Notes: generated from the letters alone by a model not told the origin. A stretch of 63,197 nt of DNA, filler included, from Trichosphaerium sp. ATCC 40318 (GCA_038496445.1; 3 parts of 3 records of this genome joined end to end with filler, not necessarily neighbours in it); one strand, 5' to 3'. Numbered from the whole stretch's first letter, positions 36,090 through 49,959 are shown. Numbers and translations: made by a program.

Positions 36090-37314
36090 ATGGAACAACA
36101 AACGGACTTGGAATCCAAAAACCCCTTAGATATGGCAGCGTTCATGTCTGCTGCTAATCTCGTGTGTTCACAATTCACAGTTTCGATTTCTAATGCTATC
36201 ACAATAGATTAGCGACCCAGAACTGTCAAGTCACGCGGAAACTACCACAGAACCAATAGAAGCTGATTCAAGCGTACCTTTTGAGAGTTGGTTTGATATA
36301 ATAAACCCAAAAGCATGCCATACTGGAGATCTTATTGCATTTTTACGTGTTGACGGTGTTAGAGTCAACGTGTTCATAGGCTATGCGTTTCGTATGGGTA
36401 GTTCAACTACAATTGCGTACTTTAAGCCCAAATCGCTACGAGGTGGATTGGTACGGTACCACGTTGATAAATGTGTACTACCTTCTGATGCAGTACGTCA
36501 TAAATTTATCAATTTCTTCAAATTGACTTTTTTCAGCGAGTTGTATTGTACCTTGGAAAACGCTTTGACAACTGGACATGGCCAGGTGGGCGTAAAGGAT
36601 GCATGGCAGCATTTGCAACAGAGCCAATACTACCAGATGGGTGCACCGAAGCTCCAAATGTACCTGTTATTCTTGAAGCCGATCTTCAAGTATGCAAGAA
36701 AGTGCTTACAACGGGACAAGAAAACGCAGAAAAGTATGAAGCACAACTACTTACTATCTTGTGTCTTCAAACAGACGAAATGATACAGAAACTTATACGG
36801 CATGGAAACACTGCAATAAAAAGAAGTGCTAAAAAACAGGTTCCGTCAATGCATAATCGAGGTACTGTATGTAGCAGTATAATATTATACTTACTCACAG
36901 TTTAGCACACTCATCACCAGGACCAACACGAGAACTTGCTATTAAATACAGCAACCATAGAAGTAAGTTCGCTGTGATAAATTTATCAATTTATCACTTT
37001 TTTTGCTTAACACTTTAGCTGAGACAAAGCAAAAAGAAGAGCGACAACTTGCAGCAGAAATGGAAATAGCTATTCAAAAACAAGCTGCGGAGATGGAAAG
37101 AGTGCAACAGCAAGGTCAACCACCACCACAACTTCCCCAAACACCAGATGAATTTGAGCGTATGAATATGCAAATGTATCAACAGCAGAAAGAACGTAAA
37201 CAACGAGAAGAAGCAAGACAAGAACACCAAGAAGAAGCACGAAAACAAAGTATGAGGTATGTAGTTAATACAACCTACTCAAATACTTCATCAGATGTAA
37301 ATATGACAAACTAA
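36090..37314 (+). CDS. Transposon-borne hypothetical protein B (multi-exon, Q/E-rich coiled-coil tail)
   Basis: ATG at 36090 (MEQQTDLESK). Exons joined by GT-AG introns (...HTGDLIAFLRVDG...DA|RVVLYLGKRFDNWTWPG...). Confidence 0.6.
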
Positions 37315-37351
37315 AATAAATAAATTTATCAATTTTTTGTGAACACATTGT

Positions 37352-38264
37352 TTATTGTGCACATTCGTGGTGAGGCCAGGGACCAATAGGATTGTATCTA
37401 AGTCGCCGCTTTAGAACTATGTTGGATGTATGTGCTGTAATATACAAGCACGACTCCAACACGTACAATGTTCCGCGAAAACGTTGCTTAAACATTCCGT
37501 GTCTATCGAAATACCCATTCACATGCTCAACACGTCCACGATAGTTTTGCATCAATGCGTTAAAGCGATTTTGCGCCCTTGTGAGTGGTATTCTTGTCCT
37601 ACCAGTTGAATAGGGTAGAACAAAGTGCTCGTTGCCCGGAATCACATTGAAGGCGCCGTCACCTAGAAATACCTCCCAATCAAAGGTTGGATGTGTTGCT
37701 ATGGCATTATTCCATATATACCCGTCCCACAGCGTACCCAAATGAGGAGAAGAGAAGACTAAGATAGTGCCTAAAAAAGAAACTCCGAGGAGTACTTTCA
37801 CAACACAGTCTTTATATTTACCCGAATAAAATCGGGAGCGAATAGCGGACAAGCTTGGTTTGTTTATGCGCACAGGTAATGTATCTACAATACATGTTAC
37901 TCTGTATGGGAAGTGTTCCCCATGATTGAAGGGATTTCTAGAAAATAAATTTATAAAGTTGCAAAGTGTTGTGAACTTACAAACGTTCTTCCCAAATAAT
38001 CTCATCTAGGACTTCTCCCATCAAGTGCATCAACGGAACCAAGTTTTCAAGAAAATATGGCTGTGACTTTACTCCAATTTCATCCAATCTACGCCAAGTT
38101 GGGTACGCATGAATGTATCTATATACCAGATACATTTCACGTTGAGTATACTTTGTCTTTACCAAGTATTTGTAATAGACATGCTTTAGTGCCCATTTAG
38201 GAACTCCTGTTTGTGCGTGACACTTCCAATTGGACACGTAATCTAGTGTCCACAGTTTGTTCAT
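37352..38264 (-). CDS. DDE_Tnp_4-type (Harbinger/IS5/ISL2EU-like) transposase
   Basis: CIVDTLPVRINKP, YSGKYK..VKVLLGV, HLGTLWD, FLGDGAF, RFNALMQNYRGRVEHVNG; one intron near 37940-37985. Confidence 0.88.
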
Positions 38265-38338
38265 AGCAAAAATGGAACAAAGCGTGGGCACTAGATTACC
38301 TAATTTGTCTTTGAGTTCACCAAATTTATAAATTTCCG

Positions 38339-39829
38339 ATGGAAAAACCTGAGGATGAACCAAAAGAGCAAACAGATGATGAACTGTGTAACCTTGTTCA
38401 ATCTATCTTTCGTAAATACGATGTTCAGTCAAATGGTTCACCAGCAGTAAACTACAACGCTCTTGCTGAAGATATAAAAAAGCTGAAACAACATCACTAT
38501 CGATGGATACATGCTGCTCTCACTGGACCTCTTAAAGATATTAATAAAGGTATTAACAGAAGTTGCGGCTCACCTAACACACAAATTAGGTTTCTGGGGT
38601 AAGATAGCGTTATACTTTTCCGCGTACTTTCAGTGTGTACCAATTGGTCATGCCCAAATGAAGTACCGTTTTCGTGCATATCGACTCAAACACAACGCAA
38701 GTACACTTACGAAGTACAACAACTAATTCCACACAGTTACCATGTCCACGCTCAAACAACAGCACGCCAACCAAAAGTATACCGGCAAAACAAACTGAAC
38801 CAAAAACTGCAATTCCACCACTCCCAAAAAAGAAAACAACAACACGTCCACCAACTCACACAGATTTTTCAGAACCGTACAATGTCTTTAATGATACAAC
38901 TGTTGTGCAACACTTGAATCATCAACTAGCGAGAGACGTACCAAATAATAGTATGAAGTAAAAATTTATAAATTTTTGTTGATCTCCTATTTTTAGACCA
39001 AGAAGCCGATAAATTAGCAGAGCGTGTAACTGATATACTTATGGATGTGGAATTCAAATACTCACAGTACAATCGATTTTTATCAATATGTATCTCCAAA
39101 ATGTCCAAGACTCGGTGTAACCCCAGCGATAGGCGTAAGTACATTTTTTTTGTATTCTTTCTCAGAGTTTTTGTAGCTAAACGACAACGAATTGCTATGT
39201 TTGCTAAGTATCAGGCTGATACTCTTGATTTTTGTAAGAGGCCTGTTGCAAACCCTGAAGGACTACCGCCCACTGAACTAGAGCTACAAAAACGCATGGA
39301 TGAGCTTGGTGCCATTAATAATTCCTTGAAGAGTGTACAAAAGCATAACCGTAAACTCGCTGGTAGGGTAAAGACAAGAGAAAAAGAAATTGAAGATGAG
39401 AGAAAACAAAGGAAGGCCCGAAGAAAAGAGCAAGCTGAAAAAAAAAAAAAAAAGCAGAATACAAGACATCATGCTAGAATTGTCACCGAAAGTGGTAATG
39501 CGGCTATTATAGATAGCATTCGTCGTCCACCAAAATATAATGAAGGCAACAGAAGGGAGTCATTTGCAGCAGATGTATACGATGGCTCACCTTTGAGATT
39601 GAAGAAACCAACTACACAGCGATGGGATAGAGTAGACCCAACAGCGCCAGCTACATCAACGTACTACTCTAAGTATGAATCAGAGAGTGCTGATTTCCAT
39701 GCTGCTCGTGGTGGTACTCTTAGAGCGAACGACAGGGACAAAACAGAACTTGAAGACATAGACCAGTATGTTGACAGTGACGGAACTTCAGACAGCGAAT
39801 TCCATCCACAATATGATGAGGAACAATGA
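38339..39829 (+). CDS. Transposon-borne hypothetical protein D (multi-exon; coiled coil, K/R-rich NLS-like segment, acidic tail)
   Basis: ORF blocks 38339-38602, 38674-38961 and 39041-39829 on one strand, divergent from the transposase. Exact splicing uncertain. Confidence 0.55.
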
Positions 39830-40247
39830 AATAAACGCCACTGTTTTTCTTATAATCTATTGTTTACTGTTTATTTACTGCCGGCAAAATGGCCGGAATT
39901 AGGTACAGTAGTACAAGGCCGGCACTCATTCTAGAGCCGGTAAAACAGCCGGAAACTTGACGTCTCTGTCACCTGACAAAAAAATTATCGATAGAAAACT
40001 TTATCGATAATCTGAGTCAATTCCATCGGAACGCAAAACTGTTGAGATTTTGAGCCTATACTAGCTTGTAATTATCACAGAAAGAATTCTAGCACGTGGT
40101 AATGTACTAGTTAGACAGGCTAGTTATTGTTCTGGACTATCCGAAAATATGTTTGTCTGGAAAATGTATTGTCATCAAAGAAACTGCGAAACCAAATCAC
40201 GTTTTTGATTCTTAACAACAACGTAAAACGTCTTTCGGTATAACAAC

Positions 40248-41104
40248 ATGCGCACCTCTTCATATCACCTATCATTGATCCACGCACTTGTAGTATGTGG
40301 TTTGGTATCTCTTTCACTTGGAGCTATCAGTACGCCGTTAACAAGAAGATTATCAAGCTGGTCTGTCTAACCAACTACACTATCTCTTATCACCTTTTGA
40401 TTGTGTTAAAGCTAACAACACTCAAGGCGAGGGTGATCGCGGAACATGCACCTTGGTTGTAGGCCCTTCTACACAACTTAGTTACTTCACTGTAGGTTTT
40501 GCAGAGACAACAGCACCAAACTTCCCAGACTTTGTTGTTGATAATGATGTTATTGAATACGACACTGATTCTGACCCTATTGCTATTAACAGTCGGCTTA
40601 TGACAATTGACTTCACAGATAATATGGTAGAGTACAGAGTCGTTCTAGGAGATGGTGTAAACGTACAGATAATAGAATGTACATTCGAAACTGCCACTTT
40701 TGATGGTACGGAACATTAGGTTTTTTTCTTACAGCCTTCATTTCATTAGTTTGCTTACCAACTGTTTAAGAATTTACTATCCTCGAAAACACGCTCGGCG
40801 TAGAGGTAACAAACACAGAGAATTCATTCAGGTTTGTGTTTTTTATTTCTTTACTCACATGCTCTTAAAGTTGTTCAAGCTAATGGTTTTTTTTGTAGAG
40901 CAGAAGTGCCTTCTCAACTTGAAGGTGCTCCAGATATTGTACTCAGAATTCAATATGGCGAACCACAACCTAACATGGGGGAATGTGAACCTGTCAGGTA
41001 TATTTTTTCTTAAATCCTACTTACTTTGTTCAATCTCTAACCACACGATTAGAAGAAGGTTAGCACGTAAAAGAGCACAGAGAATCGCACTCTTTTCCCA
41101 ATAA
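40248..41104 (+). CDS. Secreted protein family, copy 3
   Basis: Signal peptide MRTSSYHLSLIHALVVCGLVSLSLGAI. Core nearly identical to copy 1; last exon nearly identical to copy 2. Confidence 0.75.
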
Positions 41105-41577
41105 ACAACTTTTTCTTTCAATTGTCACTTTACGGTAAATCCATACCTTCGCTAAAATGAGGACAAAATTGCCTTTCAAACTTTGTATTGCTATACTTAG
41201 TTAGCCGCACATACCGTAAAAACTCTCGGTTAAGCTTTGTGGGTAATTCAGAGGCTCAATCAAACAATGTTTCTTATTGATTCAAAGCTCAAGCTGAATC
41301 TCAGGTTAAAAGCACGTGCACAAGTCCTAGGGACAAATTTCCCTTTCGGTTTTACGTAGGTTGTACCTTTAACTACCATTGCCACAAACTAAGTAGCAAC
41401 ACTTTATAAAGAAGTGGCTATGATGAACGTCAAGAGGGTCTACTTAGGTCTGGAAATGATTTTAAGTCAACTTTTTTTAAAAGCACTTTTACTATTCAAC
41501 GCACTGTATACACTAGTAAACCAAGGGAGATATCTTTACGTTCTCCAAGCGAAAAACCACGTCAAAGGGCCCTCTGA

Positions 41578-42266
41578 ATGGAAAAAGAAGAAATAAACGC
41601 TGTAAAACCAGTATCCAAACCAAAGAGAAAGCGTTCCAAGCGCCCAAAGCAAAAAAAGAGGCGAAAACTCAATAATGTCGCTATAAGACGTACATCTTAT
41701 TTAATACAAGCTGCTGACCTTGTAGCGGATTCAAATCCAGAGTTAGCACGATACTATGCCTACACAATAAAAAAAGTAGCAAAAAAGGTCCCAAACGACT
41801 TCAGACTGTACGCAAATGCATAAAACATCAATTTCAACTAATTTAAACAAGTGGAGCTGATGTAAAAGCCAATATATGCCGTTACTGCCATGCAGTGCTA
41901 ATTTCAGGCGTAAACAAACAAACTAGAATGAAAGGTAACGCAAAAAAAACCACACCAAGGAAATCATAAAAGAGTCGGTTAACCGTTCAAATATTTAGCT
42001 CAAAGAGAGACACATGTTGTCGTTACTTGCACAGAATGTGGGGCGTTACAACAACGTAGAATGGTTAAACGTCCTAAACCTAGGGTAAGACGTACAGATA
42101 TACAAATAGAGGATACAGTACGTCAAGAAATCATTCATTTAATATGCACGTGTACTAATCGGTTCTTTCCCAAAAAAGACTATAGAAAATTATCAAACGT
42201 AACCCTCTTATTGTTGGTACTACGACCATAGACGATGTAGATCTTGTAAAATACTTTTCAACGTGA
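41578..42266 (+). CDS. RPP21: RNase P/MRP subunit Rpp21/Rpr2 family (multi-exon; 3' end approximate)
   Basis: RRTSYLIQAA...ELARYYAYTIKKVAKK, KANICRYCHAVLISG, HVVVTCTECG (two CxxC zinc-ribbon pairs). Confidence 0.8.
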
Positions 42267-42461
42267 CAGTTTCACAAACAGCTAACGGACAAACATACAC
42301 ATCGAAGTTCGAGTGATACATTTGTAAGCTTTAACATAAATACTCAGGCTTTTGTATCTTTATATTGTGTACGCCTTGTACCTCCTGTTATTGTGGTGAG
42401 CACAACAATAAACGTGAGGCTACAACCTGATGATATTTTATTGTATAGTAGTTTATTATTG

Positions 42462-45400
42462 TTACGCAGCCTCATACATTGGTTTATATCCGTCCGGTAC
42501 TTCATACCTATAATTTAATAAGAATATCAATAGGTTCGTTGGACAGTTTGCATCAACGCACCGGAACCCATCCACACCAAAATTCGCTGTGCATGCCTGG
42601 GCTATTTCAAGAGAAAATGCTGGTGCTAGACCTCCTTCGGGTACCTCAAATCCTACAAATTTATCCGCTAGCCAAGCCTAAAAGGCATCATTAGTTAGCA
42701 TTCAACCAAAAACAAAATCGTTCAAAAAACCCCGAAAACATACTCCTCCGTTAAGACAGAATCTCATCCTTGTTGGTGTCTATTATACATTTAAGAAATA
42801 ATAATCATGCATAATACTAGATTGACTTACCGAATCTAGGTCTAGGCAACACTGGAGAGTCATTCCTTTGCTCCACTTTGGCATTTCGTCCAAATCTTAG
42901 AAACCAATTAATGTTAAAATGTTGTTGTTTGGTTTACCATAGAAAGGAACACGCTTCTTTCCAGCATGCCAGTAAACACGTCTGTATAAATCAATAGCCC
43001 ATGATAATTCATCATCTCCAATTCCAGAACCATGCTAGTACGGAAAGGTTAGATAGCTTTCCAGACAAAACAAGCATAAAATAGTAATTTACCTTGTAAT
43101 CTAACAAACAATTGGGAGATGCCCAACCAACTTGCATTAGTCTGCTTGTGATAAATGTCACTTCATAATACCATTTACCTATAGAACTATTAATTCAAAT
43201 ATCGTGATGCCTATACGCACCAGTAGTTACAAAGCAATCAGCAATACAACTATCAAAAGCACAGAATCGATTAACTACGGTTAAACCATCCTACAAAAAA
43301 AAAAGTTAGCCTTTCGTTTTTATTTACCCACATCACGTGCAAAACACATATAAAGCACGTGCTTTGTACATGTTTTTTGTTTTCTTTTAATGTGTTGTTA
43401 TTACGTACAGGGCATGTTAAAGCTCCAGGCGTTATATACTTTAAGTTTTTAAAAGAACCTCTTGACATTCTGATTTTGCCTTTTGCAAAAAAATTAGTGA
43501 AAAGAAAAATCGTATCCAAATGGATTTGCCTTGTGATAGAATATCCGATAACAAGAAATACTGAGAAAAATAGTTTTACAGTTCTTCGATTGGTTGTAGT
43601 TCATTATTATGGGGAAAGGGACTTGTAATAGATACAAGGCATAGATTTGTCCAAAAAAGAAAAAAACTTGACAATAACCAGGAGTTGTACCTGAAATAGT
43701 CTGTTGTGCACAAGATAATAGTAAACCATTCAAATGGCTTTGATTGGTCGAATTTTGGGGATCTTTCAGTTGTTCCGCAAAAGTCATATGTGATGCAGAT
43801 GTTGTTTTTGCTAATTTCTCAAGCTCTCCTCTATGGTCACGCATTACTGCTTCTATGATAGAAGGTCACAACAAACTCAATACAGTATAAAATCATGTAA
43901 TACTTACCATTCCTAGATAGAGCAACAAGAGCGTTGATAAGGTATCCAACAGCCTTTTTAGTAATATCACATTTAGCACGAAGAATATCTTTGAATACAG
44001 AGAACAGATTTTGACCAATCAAGTACTCGACAGCTTGTGGTTCAAAACAAAGTGTCATTACTGTAAGAGCAATAACACTTAAGCATAATTTATCAGGTGC
44101 ATTATATAGATAATCACAGGCAAGATCCCATACTGACGAAAGAGATTTGGCTAGAAAAAAGTAAGAAATAAAAAAAACCAAACAATTGCTTGAATCATTC
44201 AACCTCTTACACCCATTAAATTGTTTTTATCAAAAAAATCAGTGTAGTATCTTATTATGTGGGATGGGAGGGTAAAAAAGTGAAGAGCATTCGAATGATT
44301 TGAGTTGTGTCAAGAAAACCAAAACCGTACCATCTTGGCTAAGAACACACATAGTACGTGAATAAAATTTAGTCATTTGCTGTGAAAGGTCAATCTTAGT
44401 ATAGTATTGCATCATGTACTTAGCAGTACGACATTTACGTAGTGCCATATAGAAAGATTCAGAGTCAATTGCTCCTAAGGGTCATAAAGTTAGCCAAAAC
44501 AAAATCAAAAAACGAAAAAAATGTACCTTCATTTGTATAAAATCTACTAAATATGCATGCCGTCCAATATGTCGTATCATTATGTCTGTGGAATTTCTCA
44601 GCATGCTGCATATCCTTTTCGAATATACCAGTGAGCAAACCAATACCACCAGCATTAAGTAGAGCATTGGAACCTTCTAAAGGAACAGTCAAAAAAAAAA
44701 ACGCGCTTCCAAAAAACTGTTTTTTCAATTACCAGTACTGGAAGATACTACCAAGCGTAGCAAACATAACACCTCTTCAAAGCTGTCCGCATCTCTACGG
44801 ATCCTTATAGCTTTATGAAATATGTCAATAATGCCTTTACTAATCAAGCCATTGCACACACTTGCTAAAGATAAAGTAAGCCTGTAAACGGTTTTTTTTG
44901 TGTACTTTTCACATGTTTATTGTACGCATAAATCAAGTGCTTTAAACACTCTGATGTTGATTGCATTAACTCCGGTTCATTAATACTATCTTTAATATGC
45001 TCAAATAGAGTACTTTCAAACTGCATAGAGGCAAGGAGATGCTCTAAAATGTAGTTTAAAAAAAAGAGGGATAGTTGTTTATTACTTACCACTGTCTTCT
45101 CCACCACGGTCAGAGTAAGCCTCAAATAATCTTGCCATAGCTTCAAAAGAGTCATTAAAGCATCTACTTCGTAATTCTTTGTTTGAGACATTATCTTTCC
45201 GAGCTTTTCGCGCAGTTTTGTATCCATGCCCAAAGCTATTAAAAAACGAGATTAGTTAGCACTTTTTCTGTAAAGATGCACCTTCTTCGCATTTATCAAA
45301 ATCTTCCTTAGAAGAAACGGCGTTACCACTAATCAAGAAAGCAGAACAAGATGCTAGAGTATGTATACATGAAGCTGCCATTATAGGATCTTCTCCATGG

Positions 45401-46841
45401 GCTTCCAGTAACTTCCAGTTCTGTAGGATAACTACAACATATTTGAGCAAACAAAGTGAAGAGATAACGTACACTTATCGAAAGAACCTGACCATTCTGA
45501 CATATTAACAAGTAAATTACATTCCTTACACCCATCTTTTAGATCAACAGGGATAAGCAGCTAAGACGTATTAGTAGGAAAGCAAAAAAAAGCAAGAAAA
45601 TATCAGCTAAAAAAAAAATCCTAAAAAACTAATAGAGAAAAGTACAAAGGTCTGGCTGTTTAACGTTTTGCCTGTAGTTTTCTTTGAATATTAAAATAGC
45701 GCACCGTTGAATTCACAATTTTTAACCCACAGCCAGAGTTAACAGTAATACCACCATTGCCAGTTCGCTTATTTTCTTCAAGCAATGTATTGGTGAATAC
45801 AACTTTGCCACTTTTGACTTCAACCTGACTAATAGATCCATTTGCCATATACGCAATAGCAGATGGATCTTTTAGTTCAATAGTAATCAAACCTTTCCAT
45901 CCTTGCAAAATATACCTCTTGTGTTGTGCTGTTATAAGAAAAAAAAAGATTAGATATTAAGTCGCATGACAACTTAAGAGTTTGCCTTGTACGTACCTAT
46001 ACAACGTGAAATTCCAGAGCTTATATGCACAGCTTTATTTATAACTATATGATCTTCTGTATCTATGTCGTAGAAATGTCAGAATGTATTAGGAACAGAC
46101 GGAACAAAAAAGAAAACAAGAAGTACGTTTCCAAAGTCCTAAGTTGTGTGCCACGTGTATGTAATCGCCATCATGTGCGTATTCCACTGCTTCATTAAGT
46201 GTTTTAAATATTCTCTTTTTTCTTATAGCTTGGTGGGGATGTGGCTGTTCATTAGGATCCCACACATCACTTTCATCCCAGTCTTCTGTTTCACTGCAAA
46301 CAATAGTATGTGTTGCCTACCACAAATTCATGTTTTTTAGAAATAACCAACTCAACTAGAACTAAAAGTATTGTTTTTCGCTGTACTGACGTACCAATGT
46401 ACGATATATGTACTGTGGTGAGAATTTCGGGCGGTAGTATTGAATACCATAGAACCAAATGCGTTGAATGAGTTCTGCCTTTGTTATGAGTGCTCTATCA
46501 GCGACAAACCTGTCTTTTCTAATAATAATAATTAGAATGATCAGTTATACTGTCATAGTCGCTTACGGAGTCTCTTGGTCCTTTGGAAGGTATTTAATAT
46601 AGCTATCACACAGTTCTTGCCAAATTTCGTCCGTGTTCGCAATATCGCGCCACAATTGGCATGTTCTTATACTAGCTACTAGTGACTTGCCATCCATGCA
46701 CTTAAATATGGCAAGCTACAAAAATTAGCATTTTCTGTCTTCTATGTACAAAATACGTACTAAAATCTCCTGTGGTAGGTCAGTTATCTCCCAATCTGAC
46801 GATTCCATGTCAGTTATACTTATTTTCGATCCTCGTAGCAT
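42462..46841 (-). CDS. F-box protein with central helical-repeat region and C-terminal SPRY domain (many exons)
   Basis: N-terminal ITDLPQEIL...SRTCQLWRDIANTDEIW. C-terminal GYYEVTFITSRLMQVGWA..GIGDDELSWAID..CCLDLD..LAPAFSL..ANFG. Might be more than one gene. Confidence 0.65.
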
Positions 46842-47043
46842 GAAAAAAGAAGAAGATAAATAGATTAAGTCAGAAAAAAAACTAGCTCAAGTCAAGAACT
46901 ACATTTTTCTCGTTCGAAAAATAAGTCAACACCCATCCACAGTCATTTATGACTACACTATGATGTAAAGATTGATATGACAGTAAAATGAGATCTCAAG
47001 GTAGACTCTTTTTATTCTTTTTGTTGAAAGAAATGTAGAAAAC

Positions 47044-48470
47044 TCACAAATTTTCGTCTGCGCTATCAGAAGATAACTCTTGTGGAATGTCTCTTACATC
47101 ATCAACATTAGCGATAAGTGTTCTATCACCTTTGGTATCATCTCCGCGGATAAAAGCTAGAAAACGCAATACAACACATACAAGTCCCGTAATACCTGAA
47201 AGAACGCCCAAGGTCAAAGCCATAAAGAAGATGATTTTGTACTCGAATTGCTTAATGCTGATTGCAATGAGAGCCCAGCATACAACAAAGGCATAAGCTG
47301 CATCTCTCCTAAATACAACCATTGAAATCGTTGCAATAGCAATTACAACGAACAAAGCAATAGCTTGACCTTCAAGCCAAAATCCACGAATTTGGGACTT
47401 GTCAAGAACTAAGAAAAAATTATTTGGCAAGAAAAACAAACATTGCAAATAGTGCTGTATTAGCTCATGGTAAACACGTCGAAATAACCTTAACATTACC
47501 TCTCAACGTTTTCGAGGAACGTGAAAGAGGTGTAAGGGATATCTCTGAGCGTGTTATGCAAAAAGAAAAGAAAAGAAAAGTGTGAAAAAAAAAAAGAAGT
47601 TGAGCGTACTTGTGTAAAAACATATTGCTAGATTAGCACATGATGCTACAGATAACCATCCAAAGTAAACTGAGAATGGCAATTCGACTGTAAGAAGTCT
47701 AATAATTTGCTCTCTCTTAGTCTTACCATAAGGGTACTTGTGCTCATCTGTCAAAGGCATCAGTAAAAAACAATTCGAGAAAAAAAAACTGATAATAAAA
47801 TTCCTTAAGAGGCCGTGAACGGAGTTGTCATCTCCAAAAGGGTTTTATCATGCGAATTTACAACCGCACGTATTACTCCGAGCCGTAATAATGGTATTTT
47901 TATAAAAATGTACTAAAACGTACCTGATCTCCCGCCAATATCTAGACGGTGGTATATCATGGCGACGGAGAAAAGGGCAATCAAGATAATGACGAACGCA
48001 GCCCAAAGTTTTTGATAGTTGAATGCAACGGACCTGTTAGTTATTGTGAGTTTAATTTATGCGTATTCCAATACCTACCATACACCTACAGACAAATTAG
48101 AGATTTTGGTATCAAAAACGGTTATTTACCATTTGCTAGGCCATTCACCAATATCCAGATGGATACTTTGTCCACTAAACCGTTCTTGTCCGCGTTACGA
48201 GGGAAAAGTTGATAAATAGCGAAAATCATAAGCCCAATGAATATTACTAGCCATATGCTAAACGCATAGCCAGCAGGAGTTATTCTAAGAGGTTTTTAAC
48301 AGTTTGCTTGGTTTCGAGTTCGTATGATGTACCTTGTGTCGTACAACGCTGATACCTTTGCATTGGTAGTATTGTTCCAGCCAATGGTAGAGCTTAGCGC
48401 GTTCATAACAATCATGAACAAAACAGCGCCAAGATTGCAGATTTGTAGTAAAAGCAAAGCGTAGATTCAT
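47044..48470 (-). CDS. Multi-pass membrane protein, TspO-like tryptophan-rich sensory family (apparent +1 homopolymer error near 48451)
   Basis: NALSSTIGWNNTTNAKVSALYDTR|ITPAGYAFSIWLVIF, LPFSVYFGWLSVASCAN, RRDAAYAFVVCWALIAI. Confidence 0.75.
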
Positions 48471-49064
48471 TGTTGAAGTCAAAAATCAAGCGTAAACACC
48501 AAAAAGCGCACACAAAAAAGTTCCAGTTTTCAAGTCAAATTCCGTCAGTCCGTTACACAGGGTGGTTCAAAAAGGCGTCAATTCCATTTCCTTAGTAAAA
48601 TAGTTACAGAGCTAACTGCTGCTCTTGAGCATTGACACTAGGAAAACAAAATTTTCTCAATTTCTTTGCATGCTACACGTGGTTTGTGCATTTTTTGGTG
48701 AATTTATTGTATACAAACAAACTTCGCTTTTTCCATTACGGAAGTAGTCAATTGAAGAGAATTTTCTCCCAGTTGCTACAGTATGACCAATCTTCAAACT
48801 CTAAAGGAACCATCCGTATTGGAAAAGTAAGCTCTAACATTTGGTCTGCGGATGCAGACCCGTTCTTCTCACTAATTTGAGACGCTTCAGAATTCTTTAC
48901 AGTCAAATTCCGTTTGGAGCAAATATCGAAGTATCGTACAATATTTTTGCGAAATACAGAGTAACTACGGACGAGTTATCTCCGTAGAAGTAAGTAATGC
49001 GCTATACATAACCAAAATACGCTTAAGGATATTGTTTATTTAAAGAAGAACAAGAAAACAAAGT

Positions 49065-49859
49065 TTATCTTAAACTAAGAATTTGGAGAAGAGTGTCTCC
49101 AGCAGAAACATTATTTTCTTTCATTGTCTTCTCGTTCACTAGCTTGACATCCTTCCCATACAATGAAAGTTGGGTAGTGGGTATGCCTTCTGAGTCGTTA
49201 ATTTTAACGAGTAGGACATCAAGGGCGTCATCGGCAACGTAAGGGTAAAAAGAAGTACTGAAAGTTAGAGTCTCAATACAAATATAATTTGGAGGAGTGA
49301 GTCCTAATTCTTGTAAAAGTTCAGGGTCCGTAGTGTCTTTGAATTCTTTTACAAAGTCATCAATACTCATCCCAGTTATATCTTTACCACCAGCAATAAA
49401 ACTGAGAAGTTGAGCTCACTGGCATCCAAGGAATCGGTTTTTTCCACTATTTGCAACTTTGTAGAATATTTGAAGACGTGTCGATAAATCACGTGATTTT
49501 GCTAAATCGCACATGTGAATGAATTCACCCAAATCAACAAAACCGTTTCCATCATCATCTAAAGCCTTGAATATCTGTTCAATATCTCCAAGCTTCTTTC
49601 TCTTCAAAGTGCGTTTTAACCTGAGAAAAGGCATAATACCGATTATATTATCTAGACTTATTTTTTTTCTTCCTCTTTCGCTACCAATAGTATATTCATT
49701 CTGATCTACAAGTTTTCCGAGAGTTTCGCATGTCAAAACGGCTATTTTGCCTTTCTTCTTACTATGATCTGCAAAAGTAGCTTTAAGAGACCCTACTTCT
49801 CCCAGACTAAGGTTTTCTACGTCTAGACTTGATAGAGAAAGCGTTCTCGCTTGCTTGTA
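49065..49859 (-). CDS. EF-hand protein with C-terminal ubiquitin-like domain (5'-truncated)
   Basis: IFKALDDDGNGFVDLGEF EF-hand. KINDSEGIPTTQLSLYGK..EKTMKENNVSAGDTL resembles ubiquitin. Confidence 0.7.
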
Positions 49860-49959
49860 NNNNNNNNNNNNNNNNNNNNNNNNNNNNNNNNNNNNNNNNN
49901 NNNTTAATTAATTAANNNNNNNNNNNNNNNNNNNNNNNNNNNNNNNNNNNNNNNNNNNN
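49860..49959. other. Artificial contig linker (N-run + TTAATTAATTAA + N-run)
   Basis: Same construct as 25173-25271. Confidence 0.95.

Larger units (their letters stand above)
35286..40024. mobile_element. PIF/Harbinger/ISL2EU-type DNA transposon (~4.74 kb) with additional genes
   Basis: TIRs GGAATTGACTCAGATTATCGATAAA... at 35286 and ...TTTATCGATAATCTGAGTCAATTCC ending at 40024. Clustered GCCGG subterminal motifs at both ends. Internal DDE transposase. Confidence 0.9.
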
